Below, piece after piece: positions 13,566 through 25,559 of a stretch of 64,000 bases of DNA. The DNA is from Camelus dromedarius. Taxonomy: Eukaryota. A program made the translations under genes and the position numbers. The first letter of the stretch is position 1. Every line of letters begins with the position of its first letter. The notes under the pieces were generated by a model that was not told the origin of the DNA, ran no database searches, and saw only the letters and a program-made list of their open reading frames with translations. The DNA is taken from positions 86,182,001-86,246,000 of the forward strand of contig NC_087437.1 of the NCBI RefSeq assembly GCF_036321535.1. The letters are read 5' to 3'.

Positions 13566-14082
13566 CTGTGTTTGTTAGTATGCAAGCATCCCTTCCTCCT
13601 TTTCTGTTGACAAATACTGCCTAACTCTCCATCCCTTAACCAAAAGTATGCCTAGGATAGGTCACGGGAGCACACCATACCATTTGGCCTCCAGATGATT
13701 CGTTCCCTGGCGGGTAAGTGACTAAGCAAGACCCAACACAGCCCCTTCCTGGGATTGCAATATGGACAATGGGAGAAAAGAGTTAGCTCTCTTTTCTTTG
13801 AAGATGATAGGCTGGTATCCTACAGGACTCAGGGTGCCAGCAGAAGAAACCTGGAAAGCAGTAAGAGAGATTTAGGCTAGCATACAAAAAGAGGAAGAGC
13901 TGAGCAGTAGAGAGAAAGAAATCTGAAGATATCATTTGTATCCTAGATCTGGTCATACCTTCTACTATTTCCTTTTCATTTCTCTACCAGGGGGTGAATC
14001 AATAATATCCATTGATTTGCTTGGGCTGGTTTGAGTTGGGTTTCAGTCCCTTATAATTTAAAAAGATCTGACTATCTACTAA
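13566..14082 (+). mobile_element. Old ERVL/MaLR LTR (LTR33 or MLT1K/L-like)
   Basis: 3' end gctggtttgagttgggtttcagtcccttataatttaaaaagatctgacta. Confidence 0.6.
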
Positions 14083-15709
14083 TAGGCAAGATATTCTCTC
14101 ATGAAGAGTGCAAGGTCTAGCTATAATGAGAAAGTTACTGAAACGGCATTTAATCAATTCCATAACGACTGTATACCAGGGAATGATATAATTTGCTCTT
14201 TCCTAGTTAAAATAAAGAGGATATTGAGCAGGAAGAAAGGGATGATTAATGACAGCTATCTTCGGAATAGAAGCACCATAGAATAATGTTAGATATACAG
14301 ACCACCTTAAGAGTCTACAGAATTCATATTAGATGAGGCGTTTGAAACTTTAAAACAGGCAATAACTGGTATAATAATTTTGCTGGATTTTCAGAATTTG
14401 AGGCTCTTGTAACTTTCCAGTGCTTACCATTTCAGTGCCCAGTAGATATTTCTCCATACTAATCAAAGGGAAAATCTCTTAGAAGTTTCCTGTCAATATA
14501 GGATATGTAAAAACTGAGGATATATATACATAAAAGCAAAGCAACATGTAGGGCCGAATAGTCAAAACTTAGAAAACTTTTAAAATAATGATTTTTAAGG
14601 TTGTGCAATCTTAAAATTTGTTATATATACATGTTGACAGCACATGCACTTCCTCAGCCGCATAAACCATAACTGAGCCTAGTTAGCAAGACAAATTAGT
14701 CAAAAAAAGGAAGCTGCCAGATGGTGCACATTGTTAATAACGCCCATCTGTGAATTACAAAGCTGATTTGCGTGTGTATTTGGTGCTTCTTTTCTTGGAC
14801 AGCAAAGTTGCTAGTAACAACTTTGTAGAGGTGCCTGGGTATTCTGGTGGCTTCGCAGGTAACTTCAGTTTATTCTCAGTCCGGGATTTTGAGAAAAAGC
14901 AGCTTCTTCTAGCCTAACAGGACCTTACGGTGCACTAAAGGGGCAAAGTGTGTCATTAATCCTTTGGGTTATTGTTAATTGTTCCCCCCTTTCAAAAACC
15001 AGGAAATCAGCAAAATGAAAAGGCTTTAGAGGGTTAACTATAACCTGGATAAGGATACAAATATGCAAAGTCACTCAAATGAGCCAATGCTCTAGAGAAA
15101 GGAATTTGGGTGCAGATGGGAAATAAGGATAAAGGAAAGGCACAGGACTCTCAATTTTGGCAGAACCTAACACGGGCAATATGCAATAAAAGGGAGGCTT
15201 CAGCACTTCAACAGATTTCAGGGAGCCCTAGTTCTACTGGTAAGGTTGGGCGGAGGGGGCACATGGAGATTATAAGCAACAGATTTTGAATCTCCAGGTA
15301 GGTACACAGATATTTCAGTCTATCTTATTCTGATGTCATTAGCCTGATTCTTCTAAGCCCTCTTATTCTGATTCCTTCCTCAACAAGTAAATTTCTGACT
15401 CTAAAGCTGGTCAGGCTATATTGCAGAATTTTCTAATTATCTGAACCTCAAGTATTTCTATCCGTGTGAGAGTAAGCTCAAAATTAATCAATAAAGTGGT
15501 TATTGATTATTACTGTCTTTCCATGTATTAAGTTAAACATTATGAATGTGGTAATATTTAAATTTTTTTGATCTACAAAACAATACTTCCATAGCTTGGA
15601 TATATTATGAAAATGATTTAGTAACACAGACTTTAAGGGTTTTGGTCCACATGTCACTTAATTATTTTGCAAGCTGATAAACTGGTATTCAAATGTCTAC
15701 CTCAGAATC

Positions 15710-15927
15710 AATGTCAACAATTTCACTTCTAGAATATGAAAGCTATAAAGAGATGTTGTGAGAAAACTTTACATACAGAAATGCTCATCACAACATTATT
15801 GATAATAGTTTAAAAGAGGGGGGAAGTGCAAGGAACTCTTACAATTTAGCAAATATTTACTGAACACCTGTTCTGTAATGGATATTCTTCCAAGGGCTTG
15901 GGATGTATCAGTGAGCAAAATAATTTC
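15710..15927 (+). repeat. Inverted duplication, arm 1 (likely the copy)
   Basis: Reverse complement of 17177-17400; about 97/100 identical over the first 100 nt and about 90% overall by manual alignment. Confidence 0.92.
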
Positions 15928-17176
15928 AAAATAATTTACTGTAAGACAGTAAAAATGCCATAGAATCATGAAAAATCAGAAACGGAAGGGACCAGATATC
16001 AATTAATCCAATTCTTTAATTTTACAGAAAAGAAAACCAAAACCCAAGCTGGCTAAGGGACGTGTTTGAAGTTGCAGAGCCTGTCAGTGGCAGAAGTCAG
16101 ACCCAAGCCTGGCTTCCAGCAGAGCTGTCTTTCTATCATATCATGCTGAATAGACTGTGTACCAGAAATACAGCTAAGGAAAAAAAAAAAAACTGGCCTA
16201 AAATAAGGGAGACCAAGGTCTTGTTCTGGCTCTTCCTTCAAGCTTTAACTGTTTATGATTTTATTACCATAAGTACCATAAAAGACCCTGTACTATTTAC
16301 AAATATATAATGTTAAAGTTATAATTTTAAATGTCTTTATTATAGAAAAATTTGGAAAATGCACAAATGTATGCAAAATAATATTACCTATGTCTACCCA
16401 CACGGAAAAGTCAATTTTAACATCTGGCATATGTCTTTCCAGGACTTTTTTCTAGGCATCCATTTGTGTTCTTACTCCCTCCCCAGTGCCCAAACAGGAC
16501 CAAGCAAAGAAAAGGCAGAACCCACGCAATAAAGAACACACACTCAGAGCAAAACCATGCCCTGCTCACACTGACCAGTGGCCTTAGGTAATTAAATAGC
16601 ATCTTTCCCAGTCGTAAGGTCAAAACAGCTTCTACTTCACTACAAAGTTGTAGAGATTCAATGACATTACTATTTGGAAATGCTTAGAATAGTGCCTGGA
16701 ATATAATAAGTGCTATATAAATGTTTATAAAGTAAGTGCTCAATAAATATTCATGGTATAAATGAATATATAAACTTGAGTACATAATTTAAAACTGTAA
16801 TGCTGAATATAGTGTATACCCTGCTTGTTTCATTGAATATTACATTGTTAGTGTTTCCTATGTTAGCAAAAGAAATCCTATTTCATCAATTTTTTACTTT
16901 CTACTGAATCATTCCTCTCGGTTAACATACTATTTCCCTCCAGATACCTGCATGGCTCACACCATCACCTCCAAGTCTTTCGTCGTACTGCCTTCTCAGT
17001 GAGACCTACCCTGCCACTCTGCAGCCACCAATCCCAACACTCACTGCTTGGCTCTGCTTTGTGCTCCCCCACAGCACCTGTTCCTTTCCACCGTATTGTA
17101 TCATTTAAATGTTTATTTATGATGCCTATGTTTACTTTTGTCTTCCCTGCTAGACCATAAACTCCCTGAGAGCAGG

Positions 17177-17400
17177 GAAATTATTTTGCTCACTTGGGAT
17201 ATAGCCCTAGCACTTAGAAGAATATCTGTTACAGAGCAGGTGTTCAGTAAGTATTTGCTAAATTGTAAGGGTTCCTTGCGCTCCCTAGCTCCTTTTTTTA
17301 ACTATTACCAATAATGTTGTGATGAGCATTTCTGTATGTAAAGTTTTCTTACAACATCTCTTTATAGCTTTCATATTCTAGAAGTGAAGTTGTTGACATT
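17177..17400 (-). repeat. Inverted duplication, arm 2 (likely the donor; L2 tail joined to an old L1 fragment)
   Basis: Matches arm 1 in reverse. L2 sequence continues to the left (from about 16930) and L1-like sequence continues to the right. Confidence 0.92.
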
Positions 17401-19544
17401 ATTAGATCAAATGATGTGAGCATCTTTAAAGTTCCTACTATATTTATTGCCAAATAGTTATCCAGCTCTCTTCTAGGGAAGATAAATTTTCCAATTATAT
17501 AATGGTGGGGGAGGTCGGGGGGTATAGAATAATAGGAACCAGCCCTCCTCCATGATTCTGCTGCTCCGCCCACCACTGAGCCAACCCCCTCCACAAGCAC
17601 TGAAGATTTGCTAATCTGATTGATCCAAGTCCTGGACAAAAATGGGCAAAACATCATAGAGAATGAGGTGACCATGGATTAAAAGGTGATGCATCTGTGC
17701 ACATTCTCTCTCAAACAGTTTTCCATGAGCACCTTCAGTGATCGAAAATGCACACCTCCTGCAGCAGCTAATTACCTTCTCGGTTCTTCTGATTCAGACC
17801 TTTTTTTTTTTTTTCCTATTCGTAGGTTCTACAACCATATTTTGAAAACTTAACTGAAAATAGAAACCTTGAATCCACAGAGCCCATTAAATATTTGGAT
17901 ATGCTTCTCACGTGACATAGGTTTGAAATACTACAACATCTTGAATTTTCTTATCCGGAATATTAGCTTCACTTGTGTCTATTCCTTTAACAATTTTCTA
18001 TTCAAAATGTAATGCAGTATCCTACCAACTGTCTGGGCACAGCACGCCTATCACCTCCCTCACTCTAGATAGAATTCTTCTGTTAATGCCCACTAGCTTT
18101 ATGAGCTGCCGCAACACCCTGAATACTTCTCTCACCCATTTGGGTATTTGTTCTGACACCCAACCTCCTCCTCTCTATATGTATGTTCTTGTATTTTTGG
18201 AGTTAGGTTCAAGGTTTTATATAGTGTTATTTTCCATAGAAAAGAGTCTATCACACTCCCCATTACAACCATTTGTTTATTTCTAGATAGTTTTCCCAAC
18301 TCTGCTGTAATTTAATGTTTATAAGAAGCATTGTTCAGAAAGAAAATGAGATAGGGTATATTTTATGTGGAGTACATGCCACACACAATCAGCAAGGGAT
18401 TTTTTCAGCATTTTCTGTAGCAAAATTCTAAGCCAATTTTAAAGGATGCTGACTGCGGAAAACTGACAGAGGAAACAAGTCAGCAAAAGAACTTGAAACA
18501 CAAAGGACAATGGGAGTACTGAGCACAAAAATGGCAGTATGAGGTGGCTCATATATTTGGGGAAATTACACTGTCATCTTTAAGCCCTCATCAGCTAGAT
18601 GTTAAGCTTGCACCTGTTCCACAGATGAAAGTTTTGTGCCTAAATCTCATGTAAACATTTTAAACAATCAGAATACGTATCTAGGTTACTTTGGTGAGGA
18701 ACCATTGAGAGAATTACTTTAATTATATTTAATCCTATTTTGGACTGAAAAAGAGGCATTGTAATATAATAGGAGACTGGATAAGGATAAAATTCAGGTC
18801 ATGGATTTCTTATGTTTTTATGTATTTCTTATGTTCTTCCCTCCACTACTGAATATAATCATTTTTAAAAGATGAAATACAAGAGTAGTGAACCCAGGAA
18901 AACAGGGAAAATCTGTTTTCACTTACTTCTGAAGCAGTGTTCCTTTCTTTGAAGGCTAGACTGGTGGGGAATTTGTGAAATGACAGAATATTTAGCCCAT
19001 TTTAAAATCGTGATTTCAGTGTATCTCTCTCTTCTCTTCATGTTATTATCCCTGATCTACTTCTACCATCCAAACTTTCCTTTGTGCTCCATTCCACTGG
19101 GAGCCAGCTAGCTGAGTAGCTAGTAAATTAAAAACTTAGCATGAGATAAGGACTGTTACTATAGAGGATCCATGCAATTACCTTAGGGGACTCCGGGAAA
19201 CTCTGGATAGTTCCTGAAACTCAAAGTACCTAGGGTGCTTTCCCCTTGTGCCTTAAAAGGAACATTACTGAAAGTAGTCTGTGGTTGCCAAGTTTCTCAG
19301 GTTCCACATTCAGACACTGCCAGCAAGCTTTATACCCTAAAGACTGTTCGACTCAAAACAGCATCGTGGTTAAAAATAAAAATTCTAGCTATTTCACTCA
19401 CTAGATGTATAAAGTAACCTCCTTGGACCCCCTTTTTCCCTCCTGTATAATGAGGATATGGCTACCAACTCAGAGAGTTAAGACAAGAATGAAATCATAT
19501 GCTTGCTTGTACATTGGAGGCATTTAAGAAGTTCAATAATGATT

Positions 19545-20046
19545 ACATTAGCCATCTACTGCTGTGTAATGAATTACTTCAAAAAGCTTAAAACAACAAA
19601 AATCTTCCTTATCTCACAGTTCCTATGGGTCAGGAGCTTGGGAGCAGCTTAACTAGGTGGTTTTGGCCCAGGGTGGCACATGAAAGTATAAGACAAAATG
19701 TTTACCAGGGCTGCAGTCATCAAAGGCTTGACTAGGGCTGGAGCATGCACTTCCATGATGGTTTATTAACAGGGCTGTTGGCAGAAGGCCTCACCTCCTT
19801 GCCATGTGGGCTTCCCCAGAGAATTGCTTTATTGTTCTCATATGATACTTGGCCTTCCCCAAAGCAAAAGATCCACGAAAGAAAGATTGAAGCTGCAGTG
19901 TTGTTTATGACCTAAGCTCACAAGTTATTTCCATGATATCCCACGGGTTGCACATGTCATCCCTATTCAACACAAAAGAGGACTACAAAAGACTGAATCC
20001 TAGGAGGCAAGGATCAGTCAGAGCCATCTTGGAGACTAGCTACCAT
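19545..20046 (-). mobile_element. MaLR LTR (MLT1F-like)
   Basis: ctgctgtgtaatgaattac...gcttaaaacaac...tctcacagttcctatgggtcaggag...gccatcttggagactagctacca. Confidence 0.8.
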
Positions 20047-20083
20047 GATGATGATGATAACAGTGATGATGATGATGGAGATG
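20045..20083. repeat. Imperfect (GAT)n microsatellite
   Basis: atgatgatgatgataacagtgatgatgatgatggagatg. Confidence 0.8.
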
Positions 20084-20176
20084 GTGCAGATCCCAGGAGA
20101 TCAAGAGCTCACAGAAAACCCAGAGGAAGTGACCAACACTCCCTTTGCCTCAGAGCACAGAAGAAGGAAGCTGGAT

Positions 20177-20306
20177 GAGGGGGAGGGGGTATAGCTCACT
20201 GGTAGAGCACATGCTTAGCATGCACAAGTTCCTGTGTTCAATACACCAGTACCTCCATTTAAAAAAAAATACATAAATAACCTAATTATATCCCTCCCCT
20301 CAAAAA
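20177..20306 (+). mobile_element. tRNA-Ala-derived camelid-type SINE (Vic-1-like)
   Basis: Head GGGGGTATAGCTCACTGGTAGAGCACATGCTTAGCATGCAC...GTACCTCCA with an A-rich tail. 18 bp TSD agaagaaggaag(c/t)tggat at 20159-20176 and 20307-20324. Confidence 0.9.
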
Positions 20307-20444
20307 AGAAGAAGGAAGTTGGATACTCAATGTGAAACTCTGATAAGAAGAAGACCCAAGAAAGTTCCTGAGTGAACTTTTCTCTGGAAGAGCTATGTAA
20401 CTTACCAGTTTCCATGTTCCTAAAATAGAGTATATTCTAAACTC

Positions 20445-20660
20445 TTTCAACACATATGTACTAAGTGCTAAGAACTGTTCTATTTGCTTGAGATACATCA
20501 GTGAACCAAACAGACAAAGATCCCTGCACTGGTGGAGCTTCTGTTATAATCAAGATAGAGGCAACAAAAAGAAGTACATTATGTGGCATGCTAATGATAA
20601 GTGACAAAAAGAAAAGGTGCACAGTAAGAGGGGATTTGTAATGCTGGTGTGGAGTAGGGG
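20445..20660 (-). mobile_element. L2 3' fragment
   Basis: gagatacatcagtgaaccaaacagacaaagatccctgcactggtggagctt. Confidence 0.65.
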
Positions 20661-21540
20661 GCTGGCTGCAAGGCTAAATATTTATTGAATGAATGAATAA
20701 ATGAATGAGTCAAAGGCCCACCTCTGACGCCTCTGGTAGAGAGAACTTCAAGTTACATATACTGAGGAAAAATAACTTAAAACACTAATTGAAAACAGTA
20801 GTTTACAGGACCTGGAATATATATACCCTATGAGATGCTGGGCCTCAGAATGCAAATAAGAGTGGCTGTTAGATTGGACACACTGGGAACAGCACAAAAA
20901 GGCCAAGGTGCTGGACACTGTGTGTGTGTGTGTGGCCATTAGAAATTACCCAGGGCAGCCAGAACACTGAGAATGATGTCCAGCAAAGAGAGAGGGTGAT
21001 GGACTGGGAAGAGTCTACCTACTTCAAGGTCTTCAACTTCTAGACTATGTGGTAACTCTTTAAGACAGCATTACCATCTCCATTTCACAGAAGATGAAAC
21101 CAGTATTCAGAAGTCAAATGGCTTTACTAAGCATCTGATTCATTTCAAAGACAGTGTTCTTCCCATAAGGCATGTCTCTTCTCCAAGATCTTCTTGGACA
21201 TGTGATAGGAGAGTAACAGCATTTGTAAAGGACCTGAATGTACAAACACATCATTTGTGATTCTAAATGTGGGACTCAAGAAGGGCCCACTAACTCAAAA
21301 CTTATGAGTAAAATATGGCATATATCTGTGCTGATCTCCCCTTAACATCTCAAATGAGATTTCTTAAGCCTTATGAAGCATAGTGCTAAACATGACTTAA
21401 AACTGTTATTTTCTCCTGAAGGGTCTGTAAATATAATAGAAATGACAAGCAACAGAACACAGAGATTGTTCTGCGCAGCACATGGAACTTCAAGACTTCC
21501 CTCAGAACAACCTGAACTCAATATGGCAGCAGGAGCCAGC

Positions 21541-22025
21541 ATAAGGGAGGAAAAATTTTCCTCGACCCCCTTAGGGTCCCTAGCTGGGTCTGAAAATTAA
21601 AGCAACAAAGACAGACTAACAGCAGAAAAACATACAAATTTATTTCATGTAAGTTTTGCATGACACAGGTGCCTTCATAAGAAAATGAAGACCAAGAGAA
21701 ATGATTAACTTTGTACATTTTTAAGCTAGGTTTGATGAAGAGCAGGAAATCGTGGGAAAATGTGCTAGGACAAAAGGGCAGGAGCTAAGAGTAGTAAACT
21801 GGGGGAAACAGCAACCCATTCATTCAGATTCTCCTTCAAGTCCCTTGGAAGATAAGAATCCTTCCCTTGGGGTAAAAGGAGGGCACCTCTCACGTGAGGG
21901 TTTGGGGGAGAAGAGGAAGGTCAGAGAGTCCTTCCTGCACCTGCTGTCTGTCAGATTCCTTCAGCTTAAAATATTCAATATGCCAAGCTACCATATTTTG
22001 GGGTATCATGTTCTGAACTGCACCT
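21541..22025 (-). mobile_element. ERV1 solo LTR (MER34/MER4-group-like)
   Basis: The reverse complement begins gttcagaacatgataccccaaaatatggtagcttggcatattgaatattttaagctgaagga, a typical MER34-group 5' end. Confidence 0.75.
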
Positions 22026-24207
22026 CTATGAATCTGAATCAGGTGGTTCTCACTTAGCTCTGTTGACAAGTAAGCAGAATAAAACTAATCCTTAATACTC
22101 ACATTGGAAAATTTCATATGCCATGATACTCATGATTATTATTTAATAAAGACAGATTAGGTGATTTATAATTCTTACTTTTGATAGACAAATAGTTTGA
22201 CTGCTAAAATAGCATGGGATACTGGGGAAAAAGATAGGAAAAACCTGAATATACATTTCCAAGGAATTTCTAAAACCTAGTGTTCCTTATATCCATTTCT
22301 CCACTTGTCAGAGGTAAAGACCAGTCTTCATAGCATTAATAGACAAGGAATCACGCTCCTATGAACAAGATGAACAGCCTAGAATATCCATAACACTACA
22401 GAGGGACAGCTCTCATCCCACGGAACTCTTTGGAGGCTTCCTGCAATGGCCCAGTGGATGAGCACCTGCTCTAGTCTTGAACATGAACACCCATGTCCTT
22501 GCTGCAAGGTAGTATGTAAGGGTACATGGCACACAAAATGTATGCCAATGGTATAAAGGTAAAAGAAGCCAACATTAGTTTGCCAAATAAATACAATTTC
22601 AACCTCATCTTACTTTTTGTCAAAAAAATGATAGATTCCAACATATACATCATAAGCCCACTAAGCACAGCCTCATGATTTGACACCAATCTTTCCTCCT
22701 GAGAGTCATTACTCAGGTTCTCATCTTTGAAAGAGAATGGTGACATTTTTGCTTTAAAAAAAGAACTCATTTTAATTTTAATTTCTACCCACCGTACATT
22801 TTAAATCAGGCTATGAGAGCTGAGGAATGCTTGCCTCTGCCCCTGTCAGGCCCAAGGAAGCCAGTCCAGGGGTTGGACAGGGGAAGGAATGGAAGACGCG
22901 TCAAGCCCACGAGAGCCTGAGGGCGTGTGGGGAGCTGAGAGGCCGCACTGATCAACACAGGCTTTTGACAGATGTCGCATCCCTGTCGTCATCTCCCCTT
23001 TGCCAGTTTTTAGCTCTTATCATATTCAAGAATTAAATTCTCAACTTTGAAAGGGGGGAAATGAAGGGAGACACTGTTTATTCCCCATACTCTTAGCTCT
23101 GGTTTGCCAGGCTGATTTCTGAATATGTAAATACTTTTCACATGGAGATGCAAAAGACTGTGTTCTCGGTCTTGTTAAAGACAGGAATTAAGCCAGAATG
23201 TTCTCAGTATAAGCTGGCAGAGAAGCCAGGGAGATATATTTCCACCAAGGTAGCTGTTTAAGCTAATTTATCTAGCAATCCTGACAAAATAGCTAGGTAC
23301 TTTGTGATAGCTGTTTTAGAAACACAGGTTTACTAAGCCAGGAGGTGGGGTGGGCATTTTAAGGAGAAAAAGAGTGTTCCAATGTTGCCAAGGCTTTTTT
23401 TCCAAGGTAATTCACCAATGAGGCAACCTGCCAGCATAATGCATGGCTCCCTGAGCAAAGCAAGGGCCTTTGCTTAGCAATACTGGGCTTTCAGTAAGAC
23501 ACTTGGGAGGCATTAGGCCTTTGAGGTATTTTAATCTTGCACTGCTAGAAATATTTGACACTAGATGCTATGAGTTGAGAGCACATCACACTCGGGAAAG
23601 AAAAAAGAAATTCTTACAGTACAGAGTGAAATATATGATTAGTACTTTGCACCTTTCTTGAAATAAGGCATATCTGTGCACTAAATTTGGAAAAGCAGTA
23701 CGTATTGGTGGGCCATTTTCAACAGACTTTCCAAGTAAGGCCGGGCTTTCCCGTATCTCTTTTGCCCTTTAGGATGCATTTCAGAAGAAACAAAAAGCCC
23801 CAAAGGAAACAAAGAAATATGTAACAGTAGCAAAGAAATTTATAACAGAGTATTAGAGGCCAGGACCAGCACATTCCACCACCCACCCTCAAGACCGCCT
23901 CCCTGTCTCAAATCTTTATTCAGGGTTACTGGCACCCAAGAAGTAAAGTCTGCGAAGGAAAATTCTGAGGGAGAATTCAAATATATTCCTTTGACTGAGG
24001 GCTACCACTGGGTTTACAAATATGCCGAGGGCTTTGTCTACTGGAGTTGAGTCAGAAAACCGAGCACAAGCCTGGTCAGGAGGCTGACCTAAACATTTTT
24101 TCTCACCACTGTTCCTGGAGGAGACTTACTGACCACTTCATTAATTCCTTTTCTCGTGTGTTCACCTATTCATCTGTTCATTCAACAAGCATTTATGGAA
24201 CACATGC

Positions 24208-24786
24208 TGTCACAGGCAAAGCCCACTGACAATTCCCGCGGAATAAAAATAGATTGAGTGATAAAGTCTAACCTCTTTTTTTCCCTTTGTGCTTCCTCTA
24301 GTTTCAGTTGCTCACAGGGTACCATGTGAAGAGGCTGTGCGCCTGGTCCTTCAGACCCCAGAGGCTTGTGAGAAACGGTGGTGTCACACTCCAGCTGGGG
24401 GACTGCGTGCACAGCAGGGCACCCCAAGATGGCGGCAGCAGCCGGTGTGGAGACGCTGCGTCCTCACCGCGACCTGGCACGTGCGCAGTGCAGCTGCGCC
24501 TGTCCCGCGAGAACTCCGCCCACGGTGGTGGGGGGGCGGCCGCGGTATGGGGGAGGCGGGGGGGAGGGGAGTGGGGAGGGGGCTGTCCAGACCTTACAAA
24601 GCAGCCCCGCCCACAGCCTGTTAGGGAGCGGTGTGCCTTAGCGCTCTGGCTCACACCTCTACATTCTCTGACCCAAGAATAAAGCTTTCTTTTTCTTCTG
24701 AACTGATTTTGGTCTTGTTCTATTAGCTGGAAGGACAGCGGGTAGAAGGACCCTTGCTGGGGACTGACTCTGGAGGGCCGGTAATA
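24208..24786 (+). mobile_element. CpG-rich solo LTR (ERV1-like) inserted into an L2 tail
   Basis: Starts TGTCACAGG and ends ...GCCGGTAATA (decayed GTAACA), with AATAAA at 24678-24683. It interrupts an antisense L2 tail (caacaagcatttatggaacacatgc | tatgttccagacgttgttctag). Degenerate 4 bp TSD atgc/atat. Confidence 0.75.
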
Positions 24787-25559
24787 ATATTATGTTCCAG
24801 ACGTTGTTCTAGCCTATTAAAAACAAAGGAAAGTCCCTGCCTTTAAGGAGCTTACAATCCTGTGGTGCTCCTCTTAAACTGTTGAGATTCTTCAAGTTAC
24901 AGAGATTAAACCTAAGAAAAATGAAACTACTGAAAGTTTACGGATAGAGTGACTGATCTTTATGATAGATATTGTTATACAAAGGAACAATTCATTGAGT
25001 TCACTGAAAGTTATATGAATGCATAAGATTTTCAATTTCCCATAAAATACCAGTGGTATGAGTGGAAAATTAGTTTGAAGAAAAGTGCTTTTTAATAAAA
25101 ACCAACACATATATATATATATAAACATATATAGGCAACATACATATAGGGGATATTTGTATTTAATACATATTGCTTTTTTATAAAAATTTATACTTGA
25201 GCAGGTTGGTGGAGGAGTATCTTGCTCTGTACTAAGGGGGCTGCAGGAATATCTAAAGGTGTTGTTCAGACAGCACCCTTAGGTGAACCTCCTGCTTGGA
25301 TGCCTAAAGCATAGCAGAAACAGCACTAAATTGGGAGTCTCAGTACCTATGTTCTAGTCTTAACTCTGATGCTAACTCACCATTATCAGAATCTTCACCA
25401 GTCTAAGGGTATCAGTATCCTTAACTGCAAAGCAAGAGGGATAGAATATATGACCAGGTTTAACTATGAAGTTCTATCATTTTATGAATCTTATGTTCCT
25501 AGATCAACCAGTAGTGCATATAATCAAGAATAAAACCTAGATAGGCCACTGACATTCCC

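Noticed and set aside
20185..20258. tRNA-Ala gene-like sequence (also at about 40570-40643)
   Set aside because: The stems are mutated and each copy has the SINE tail and TSDs, so these are SINEs rather than tRNA genes.
24289..24682. Several overlapping 80-124 aa ORFs on both strands
   Set aside because: They are a by-product of the high GC content of the LTR and show no recognisable protein similarity.
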